Shown here piece by piece: positions 1 through 6,492 of a stretch of DNA of 41,624 nt (its first letter is position 1; each line of letters starts with the position of its first letter). The notes under the pieces are model-generated. The model was not told the DNA's origin and searched no databases. It was given only the letters and a program-made list of their open reading frames with translations. Both the position numbers and the translations under genes were made by a program. The stretch covers positions 1 to 41,624 of the forward strand of contig JBDTOB010000001.1 of NCBI GenBank assembly GCA_039933435.1. Reading direction: 5' to 3'. The stretch comes from Acidobacteriota bacterium. Its GTDB lineage: Bacteria > Acidobacteriota > Vicinamibacteria > Vicinamibacterales > 2-12-FULL-66-21.

Positions 1-2
1 TG

Positions 3-1676
3 GGGGCGGTCGTGCCGCCGCGGCCCGATCGCTGGCATCGCCATCCCACCCCCACCTTCGGCGGCATCGGCATCATCGCCGGCATTGCCGTGGGTGCGGC
101 CGCGGGCGGCGGGATGACGACCGCCGCGGCGCCGATCCTCGCGGCCGTCGCGGCGCTGTTCGTGATCGGGTACTACGACGACCTGGCGCCACTCTCGGCG
201 CTGGCGAAGATGGTCAATTCGCTGGCGGTGGCCGCCTTCTTCGTCCTCGCGCTGACGACGGTTCGGAGCACACCCGCCCAGGCGGCGCTGGCGATCGCCG
301 CCATCGTCTGGTTCGGAGGTCTCGACAATGCCGTGAACCTGCTCGACAACATGGACGGCCTCGCCGCTGGGGTGACCGCGATGGCCGCGGCGGCGCTCGC
401 GCTGACGTTCTTCTCCGAGCTTGGACCCCACGTCGTCGGGGTGCCGATTGCGCTCGCCGGCGCGCTGGTGGGGTTCCTCGGCTGGAACCGCCATCCGGCG
501 AAGCTGTTCATGGGCAACTGCGGCAGTCTGGCGATCGGCGGACTGGTGGCCGCGACCGGGCTCACCGCGGTGGCGCGCGTCGGCACCGTGACCTCGGCGG
601 TCGCCGTGGCGCTCATCTTCATCGTCCCGCTGGTGGATACGACCTTCGTCGTGCTGCTGCGCCGCCTCGCCGGGCGCAGCACCACGCGCGGCAATGTCGA
701 CCATCTGTCGCACCGGCTGGTCGCCGCCGGCTTCTCCGAGCCTGGGGCGGTCGGCCTGCTCTACGCGATCGGCGCGCTCGGCGCCGGCGCCGGCTACAGC
801 ATCCACGTCTACGGCGTCTCGGCCTGGCCGCTGGCGGCGGCGGTGGCGATCGGCGTGCTGATGATGGCGCTCTATCTGGCGCGCCTTCCGGCCTACGCCG
901 GGCAGGACTTCCAGGCGCTGCAGGCGGCGCCGTTCGCGCCGATGCTCGCGGACCTGACGTTCCGGTGGCACGCCGGCGAGGTGCTGCTGGATCTGGTACT
1001 GATCGCCACTTCCTACTACGCCGCCTACCGGCTGCGGTTCGAGGGAGAAGCGCTCGCCACCTTCCTCCCGGGGTTCGCGATGTCGCTGCCGGCCATCCTC
1101 GGGTGCCAGATGGCGGCGCTCTACGTGTCGGGGCTCTACTCGCGGATGTGGACGACGTTCGGCCTGCACGATGTCTCGACGGTGCTGCGCGGCGTCGCCG
1201 CCGGCTCGGTGCTCTCCGTCCTCTCGGTGACCTACCTCTTCAAGTTCGAGCGGTTCTCGCGCGGGGTCTTTGTCATCGACGCGGTGCTGCTGACCGCCGC
1301 CATCCTCGCGACCCGCTCGTCGTTCCGGATCTTCGGACGGATTGCGGCCCGCAGCAGCCCGCACCAGGCGCGGGTGGCGATCTACGGCGCCGGCGCGCGC
1401 GGACAGCTGCTGGTCCGCGAGATGATGGCCAACGGCGCCTGGGGCCGCAATCCCGTGGTGTTCATCGACGACGACGCCGCGAAGCGGGCGCAGCGCATCA
1501 TGGGCATTCCGGTGAAGGGATCGATCGAAGAGCTGGCGGCGGTGATGGCGCAGCTGCGGATCGAGGAAGTGGTGCTGAGCTCGCCGGCGATCGGCGACGA
1601 CGTCGAGGCACGGGTGCGGGCGCTGTGCGCTCCGCGCGAAGTGGCGGTGCGCCGGCTGCGGCTGGATATCGAGTGA
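3..1676 (+). CDS. Polyprenyl-phosphate HexNAc-1-phosphate transferase (GT4, MraY/WecA family), 5'-partial, fused to a C-terminal 4-TM plus Rossmann-like region of WbaP/CapD N-terminal type
   Basis: The frame is open to the window edge, with no stop from nt 3. The first motif, HPTPTFGG, normally lies ~50 aa into WecA-like proteins, so the true start is upstream. Family motifs: GYYDDL, NLLDNMDGLAAG, FMGNCGSLAIGG, VPLVDTTFVVLLRR..VDHLSHRL. After ~aa 300 come hydrophobic helices, then IYGAGARGQLLVREM..VVFIDDD..GIPVKG. Confidence 0.85.
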   Translation, partial: GAVVPPRPDRWHRHPTPTFGGIGIIAGIAVGAAAGGGMTTAAAPILAAVAALFVIGYYDDLAPLSALAKMVNSLAVAAFFVLALTTVRSTPAQAALAIAAIVWFGGLDNAVNLLDNMDGLAAGVTAMAAAALALTFFSELGPHVVGVPIALAGALVGFLGWNRHPAKLFMGNCGSLAIGGLVAATGLTAVARVGTVTSAVAVALIFIVPLVDTTFVVLLRRLAGRSTTRGNVDHLSHRLVAAGFSEPGAVGLLYAIGALGAGAGYSIHVYGVSAWPLAAAVAIGVLMMALYLARLPAYAGQDFQALQAAPFAPMLADLTFRWHAGEVLLDLVLIATSYYAAYRLRFEGEALATFLPGFAMSLPAILGCQMAALYVSGLYSRMWTTFGLHDVSTVLRGVAAGSVLSVLSVTYLFKFERFSRGVFVIDAVLLTAAILATRSSFRIFGRIAARSSPHQARVAIYGAGARGQLLVREMMANGAWGRNPVVFIDDDAAKRAQRIMGIPVKGSIEELAAVMAQLRIEEVVLSSPAIGDDVEARVRALCAPREVAVRRLRLDIE

Positions 1677-2809
1677 ACGGACAGCCGCTGCGCATCGGGG
1701 TGGACGGCCGGGCGTTCGTGTCCCCGGCGGGCGGCGTCCGCCGCTACGTGCACGAGTTGTACGGCGCCATCGCCCGCGTCCATCCCGAAGTGCAGGTGAT
1801 CGCCCTCGGCGCGCCGGCAGGGAGCGGTCTACCGGCAGGCGTGCGGCGGCGCGGCGCCCTCCCCTTCCCGACCAATCTCGGGTGGATGGCGGCGTCGATG
1901 CCGCTGGCCGCGCGCGGCGCGGGCCTCGATGTCTACCATGCGCCCGCCTACACGGCGCCGCTCTGGGGCGTGCATCCCCAGGTGCTGACCATCCACGACG
2001 TCAGCTACGAGCGGCGGCCGGAGTGGAACGCCTACCGCAACGATCCGCTGCGGCGCTTCTTCTACCGCACGTCCGCACACGTCGCCGATCGGATCGTCAC
2101 CGACTCCGGGTTCAGCCGCGACGAGATCACCGCCGCCTACGGCATCCCCGCCACGCGCATCGACGTCGTCCCGCTCGCCGCGGGTGCGGGGTTCGCGCCA
2201 GGCGCCTTCGACGCCGGCGCCGTTCCGGCCGGCGTCACCCGTCCATATGCGTTGCACGTCGGCGATCTGCACGTGCGCCGCAACGTCGCGACGGCGCTGG
2301 CGGGCGTGCTGGCCGCGAGACGAAGCCTTGCCGCGCCGAAGCTGTCGCTCGTCTGCGCGGGCGTGGATCGGGGCACTGGAGAGGCGCTCGTCCGCCAGGC
2401 CGGCGATGCCGGCGATCCTGGGGCGGTTGCGCTCCTCGGACCCGTCTCCGAGCCGCTGCTGCTGAACCTCTATCGCGGGGCGATGCTCCTCGTCTATCCC
2501 TCACGCTACGAAGGGTTCGGCCTGCCGGTGCTCGAGGCCATGCAGTGCGGCGTGCCGGTGGCCGCGGCGCGCGCCGCGTCTCTGCCGGAGGTCGTCGGCG
2601 ACGCCGGCATCCTGCTCGGCGAGCAGGACGAGGACGCCTGGACGCGAACGCTGCTGGATATCGTTTCCACACCGGAGGTCCGCGCGACGCTGTCGGCGCA
2701 GTCGCTCGCCCGCGCCGCCGCGTTTTCCTGGGAGCGGACGGCGCGGGAAACGGTCCAGTCGTTCCGCAGGGCGGTAAACGATCACGCGGCGCAACGGAGC
2801 CGGCGGTGA
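1673..2809 (+). CDS. Glycosyltransferase, GT-B fold (GT4/GT1-type)
   Basis: GTG at 1673 overlaps the upstream stop (GTGA). The part of tracked ORF 965..2809 before 1673 is an Arg/Gly-rich alternative-frame shadow of the previous gene. Real product starts VNGQPLRIGVDGRAF. GT-B nucleotide-sugar motif: YEGFGLPVLEAMQCGVPVAAARAASLPEVVGDAG. Confidence 0.9.
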   Translation: MNGQPLRIGVDGRAFVSPAGGVRRYVHELYGAIARVHPEVQVIALGAPAGSGLPAGVRRRGALPFPTNLGWMAASMPLAARGAGLDVYHAPAYTAPLWGVHPQVLTIHDVSYERRPEWNAYRNDPLRRFFYRTSAHVADRIVTDSGFSRDEITAAYGIPATRIDVVPLAAGAGFAPGAFDAGAVPAGVTRPYALHVGDLHVRRNVATALAGVLAARRSLAAPKLSLVCAGVDRGTGEALVRQAGDAGDPGAVALLGPVSEPLLLNLYRGAMLLVYPSRYEGFGLPVLEAMQCGVPVAAARAASLPEVVGDAGILLGEQDEDAWTRTLLDIVSTPEVRATLSAQSLARAAAFSWERTARETVQSFRRAVNDHAAQRSRR

Positions 2810-3666
2810 GCCTCGAGGTCGCCGTCGTCATCGTCAACTTCAACGCCGGGGCACATCTGCGCGCCTGCGTGGACTCGGTCAGCGCCGATCTCGCCGGCAT
2901 GGCGTCGGCCATCCTCGTCGTCGACAACGCCTCCACCGACGGTAGCGCCGAGACCCTGGCGTCCGTTGCCGGCGTGGCGCTCCTTCGCAACGATTCCAAC
3001 CGCGGCTTCGGCGCGGCGGTCAACCAGGCGGCCGCGCAGACCGACGCCCGCTACCTCTGGCTGCTCAATCCTGACTGCCGCGTCGGGCCTGGCACCTTTG
3101 CACGCCTGTCCGAGACGATCGCGAAGCACCAGTCCTGCGCGATTGCCGCCGCCCGACTGCTCAATGCCGACGGCAGCGTGCAGGCCAGCGCGCGCGGCGA
3201 GCCAAGCGCCTGGACAGGCCTCTTCGGCCGGCACGGGCTGCTCACCAGACTGCTGCCGCGATCCGCGGCGGCACGGAGAAACCTGCCCGCGGCCGATCTC
3301 GTCGATGCCGGGGTCGAAAGCGCCGTCGTCGACTGGGTCATGGGCGCGTGCATGCTCGTCCGCCGCGACCGTTTCGACGAGGTCGGAGGCTTCGACGAGG
3401 GCTATTTCCTCTACTGGGAGGATGCCGACCTCTGCCGGAGGCTGCGCCTATGCGGCTACGAGACGCGCTTCGTCCCAGGCGCCCACGTGGCGCACGTCGG
3501 CGCCGTCAGCGCCGGCACACGCTCGCGGCTGGCGACCCGGGAATTCCACCGCAGCGCCTACCGCTACTACGCGACCCATGTCGTGACGGCGCCGTGGCAT
3601 CCAGCGCGGGGGCTCGCGCGGGTGGCGCTAACGCTGCGGTCGTGGTGGCGCGGCGGCTGGCGCTGA
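2806..3666 (+). CDS. Glycosyltransferase family 2 (WbbL-like rhamnosyltransferase-type GT-A)
   Basis: GTG at 2806 overlaps the upstream stop (GTGA). Motifs: VVIVNFNAG, VVDNASTDGS, NRGFGAAVN, LLNPD, GACMLVRR, YWEDADLCRRL. Confidence 0.9.
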   Translation: MSLEVAVVIVNFNAGAHLRACVDSVSADLAGMASAILVVDNASTDGSAETLASVAGVALLRNDSNRGFGAAVNQAAAQTDARYLWLLNPDCRVGPGTFARLSETIAKHQSCAIAAARLLNADGSVQASARGEPSAWTGLFGRHGLLTRLLPRSAAARRNLPAADLVDAGVESAVVDWVMGACMLVRRDRFDEVGGFDEGYFLYWEDADLCRRLRLCGYETRFVPGAHVAHVGAVSAGTRSRLATREFHRSAYRYYATHVVTAPWHPARGLARVALTLRSWWRGGWR

Positions 3667-4007
3667 ACACTTGAGCGGCTCTAACCAGACCATTACCAAC
3701 ACAAACAGCGTAGCCGTAGCGCCGTCGCACGCGGTTCGGATACACTCAGGGGACATGCTGCGGCCGCTCCGATGCTGAGGCTGCTTCCGCCGATGGGTGG
3801 AAAGGCGTTCGTCATTCCCGCGCACGGCGGTAGGTGCGGTCTCGCAGGCTCCGCCAGCAGGACTTGCCGTGCTCCCGATCATCCGCACAAACAACTACGA
3901 TCGCCTGGGGCCACTGCTCCGGGCTTGCGCCACTCTTCGGAGTTCGGTTCGCGGCCGACCCATCCACGCTTAGAGGCGATGTCCGTCTTTCCAATCTCCT
4001 TACGACC

Positions 4008-4868
4008 ATGACCAGCACACCTGACAGGACGTTTAGACCGAGAGGAGGGCCCGATACGCTTGTCGACTCCAACGCCGACACCGCCGGCGTCGTCGGTACC
4101 GTGCGGGCGGTCTTTCGATACCGCGAGTTGCTCAAGCACCTGGTATTGAAGGATCTGAAGCTGAAGTATCGGGGCTCGTGGCTTGGCTTCATCTGGTCGC
4201 TGGTCAACCCCCTGATGATGCTCGTGGTCTACCTCGTGGCGTTCAAGTACATCCTCCGCGTGCGCGGGGAAGGATTCGTCTTCCTGCTGCTGCTGGCCAT
4301 TCTCGCCTGGACGTTCTTCTCGAACTCGCTGAGCATGTCCGCTGGCGGCATTGTCGACAACGGTGCGCTGATCAAGACCGTCGCCTTTCCGAGAGCGGTG
4401 CTGCCCATCTCCTCGGTACTTTTCAACCTCGCTCAATATCTGCTGACGGCTGCGGTGTTCATTCCGCTGATGCTCCTGCTGCACCGGACCCCCCCAGCCG
4501 CTCCGATGCTCTTGTTTCCCGTCTTCCTGTTGCTGCAACTGGCGTTCACGGTCGGTATCGGGCTGGCGCTGGCCACCGGCACGACGTTCTTTCGAGACAT
4601 CCGCCATTTCCTCGAGATCGCACTGTCGGTGATGTTCTGGACGACTCCAATCGTCTACGACTTCCGCACCATTCCCGCGGCTTGGCAATGGCTGGTGCTG
4701 CTGAGCCCGCTGTCGAGCTTTGTCCTGGCCTATCAGCAAATCTTTTATTACCGGGAGTGGCCTGGGGCGGCGGTCAGCGCCATCGCGTTCTCCTATGCCG
4801 TGATCGCGCTGTCCGCCGGGGTGGTGCTGTTCTCGCGGTACGACCGGGAGTTCTCGGAGCAGCTCTGA
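4008..4868 (+). CDS. wzm: ABC-2 type polysaccharide exporter permease (Wzm/TagG/KpsM-like)
   Basis: ATG at 4008 is the first start after a non-coding-looking leader. N-terminal amphipathic LKDLKLKYRGSWLGFIWSLVNPL is followed by about six hydrophobic segments. The stop lies 2 nt before the ATPase start. Confidence 0.85.
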   Translation: MTSTPDRTFRPRGGPDTLVDSNADTAGVVGTVRAVFRYRELLKHLVLKDLKLKYRGSWLGFIWSLVNPLMMLVVYLVAFKYILRVRGEGFVFLLLLAILAWTFFSNSLSMSAGGIVDNGALIKTVAFPRAVLPISSVLFNLAQYLLTAAVFIPLMLLLHRTPPAAPMLLFPVFLLLQLAFTVGIGLALATGTTFFRDIRHFLEIALSVMFWTTPIVYDFRTIPAAWQWLVLLSPLSSFVLAYQQIFYYREWPGAAVSAIAFSYAVIALSAGVVLFSRYDREFSEQL

Positions 4869-4870
4869 CC

Positions 4871-6334
4871 ATGGCCACGTTCATCGATATTCAGAACATC
4901 TCGAAGCGGTTTTTGCTGCGGCGGAACCGCTCGGGCGACCTGAAGTCGCGCTTCCTGGGAATCTTCTTCCGGGAGCGTCGGGAGATCGTCGACGATCTGT
5001 GGGCACTGAAAGATGTGTCGCTGGACGTCGGCCAGGGGGAGTCCATCGGACTCGTCGGCCGCAATGGCTCAGGGAAGAGCACGCTGCTGCGCGTCGCTGC
5101 CGGCATGCATCGACCGACGTCGGGAAAGGTCCTGACCCGGCCTGGCGTGCGAATAACGACGCTCATCGAGTTGGGGGTGGGATTTCACCCGGAGCTGAGC
5201 GGGCAGGAGAATATCTACCTGAATGCCGCCATTCATGGCCTCTCACGGCGGCACATCGACGAGATCTACCGGGACGTGGTCGATTACGCCGAACTGAGTG
5301 ACTTCATGGATGTGCCCCTGAAGAACTATTCCTCCGGTATGCAGATGCGGCTGGGATTCGCGGTGGCGGCCCATCTCGACCCGGACGTGCTTCTGCTTGA
5401 CGAGATCTTCGCCGTGGGGGACGAGGACTTCCAGAAACGGTGCCTGAAGACCGTGCATCGGTTCCTGAACGCCGGCAAGACGATCCTCTTCGTGTCGCAT
5501 GCGGCCGCCTCCGTTCGTTCGATCTGCCGGCGGGTCTGTCTGCTCGACCACGGCCACCTCCTGTTCGACGGCGACGTCGATGCGGGCCTCGGGGCCTATC
5601 ACCGGCTGCTGGAGACGACGGCGGCCCCGGCCGCGGCGCCAGAGCCGGTGCCGGGTCTCACCGCAGCGGCGGTCGAGGAGAGCGGCCTGCGCGACTCGGC
5701 CGAACTGGACCGAGCCTGGCACCGGATGGCAGCGGGCGGTTTGTGGGACGAGGTCGGCACCTTGTATTTCGACTTCCTGCGGGCACAGGGCCTGCAGCCC
5801 CATCACTACCTGCTCGATGTCGGATGCGGCAGTTTTCGCCTCGGCGTTCATCTCGTGCCCTATCTGCAGCCGGGACGTTACATCGGTCTCGAGAGCAACG
5901 AGGATCTCGTCCGGGCGGGAGCCGAACTGGAACTGCCCCGTGTCGGCATCGAGCCGCGGGGCGTGCGTGTGGTGATCAGCAATTGCTTCGATCTGGCAGG
6001 CCTGCCGCTGATGGACTTCGCCATCGCCCAGTCAGCCTTCACACAGATGTCGTTGAATGGCATCGCGCAGGGCGTGGCGATGGTAGTCCGTAAACTGGCG
6101 CCTGGCGGACGCTTCTTCGCGGCCTACTACGAGAATCCGGACCCGGCCGCCGGCGACGCCATCCTGCATCCCGGGGGGATCAAGAGCCATCCCGATGCCG
6201 ATCCGTACCACGCGACCTTTGCCGTCCTGGCCGGCGTCTGCGCCGGCGTCGGTGCCCGCGCGGAGCGGGTCACCGGCTGGCAGCATCCGCAGGGTCAGCA
6301 GATGATGGTGATCACGCGCCGCTTGCAAGACTGA
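4871..6334 (+). CDS. wzt: Polysaccharide ABC exporter ATP-binding protein (Wzt-like) with C-terminal class I SAM-methyltransferase domain
   Basis: ATG at 4871 (MATFIDIQNISKRF). ABC motifs: Walker A GRNGSGKST, signature YSSGMQMRLGFA, Walker B VLLLDE, H-loop FVSHA. A Pro/Ala linker (AAPAAAPEPVPG) follows. MTase motifs: LLDVGCGSFRLG, IGLESNEDLV, DFAIAQSAF, LAPGGRFF. Confidence 0.85.
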   Translation: MATFIDIQNISKRFLLRRNRSGDLKSRFLGIFFRERREIVDDLWALKDVSLDVGQGESIGLVGRNGSGKSTLLRVAAGMHRPTSGKVLTRPGVRITTLIELGVGFHPELSGQENIYLNAAIHGLSRRHIDEIYRDVVDYAELSDFMDVPLKNYSSGMQMRLGFAVAAHLDPDVLLLDEIFAVGDEDFQKRCLKTVHRFLNAGKTILFVSHAAASVRSICRRVCLLDHGHLLFDGDVDAGLGAYHRLLETTAAPAAAPEPVPGLTAAAVEESGLRDSAELDRAWHRMAAGGLWDEVGTLYFDFLRAQGLQPHHYLLDVGCGSFRLGVHLVPYLQPGRYIGLESNEDLVRAGAELELPRVGIEPRGVRVVISNCFDLAGLPLMDFAIAQSAFTQMSLNGIAQGVAMVVRKLAPGGRFFAAYYENPDPAAGDAILHPGGIKSHPDADPYHATFAVLAGVCAGVGARAERVTGWQHPQGQQMMVITRRLQD

Positions 6335-6492
6335 GCGGCGATTTTCCCGCCCGTTTTCATCCCACATTTTTTGCCGCCGCTGCACCATTTCGGCGCATCG
6401 ACGACGCAGATCCCCGTAAAGCCGCGCTTTTCCGGGGGTCCGGCTCTTGCAAGGTTTGGCACCGTCCCCGGCCGAAGATAGGAAAACAGTTG

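Noticed and set aside
965-1672. 5' extension of tracked ORF 965..2809, which would give a 614-aa protein
   Set aside because: The extension is an Arg/Gly/Ala-rich translation in an alternative frame of the well-supported WecA-like gene. The recognisable GT-B protein begins at GTG 1673, which overlaps the upstream stop.
3731-3745. GCGGTTCGGATAC resembling a tRNA T-arm (GGTTCGAATCC) in the wzm leader
   Set aside because: Flanking bases do not pair into a T-stem, and no acceptor, D or anticodon arms could be folded by eye.
6457-6473. Sigma-54-like promoter (TGGCAC...) upstream of the 947-aa gene
   Set aside because: The -24 TGGCAC is good, but the expected -12 TTGC/GC element is absent at the correct spacing (CCGG, with GC one position off). 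This is not enough to call.
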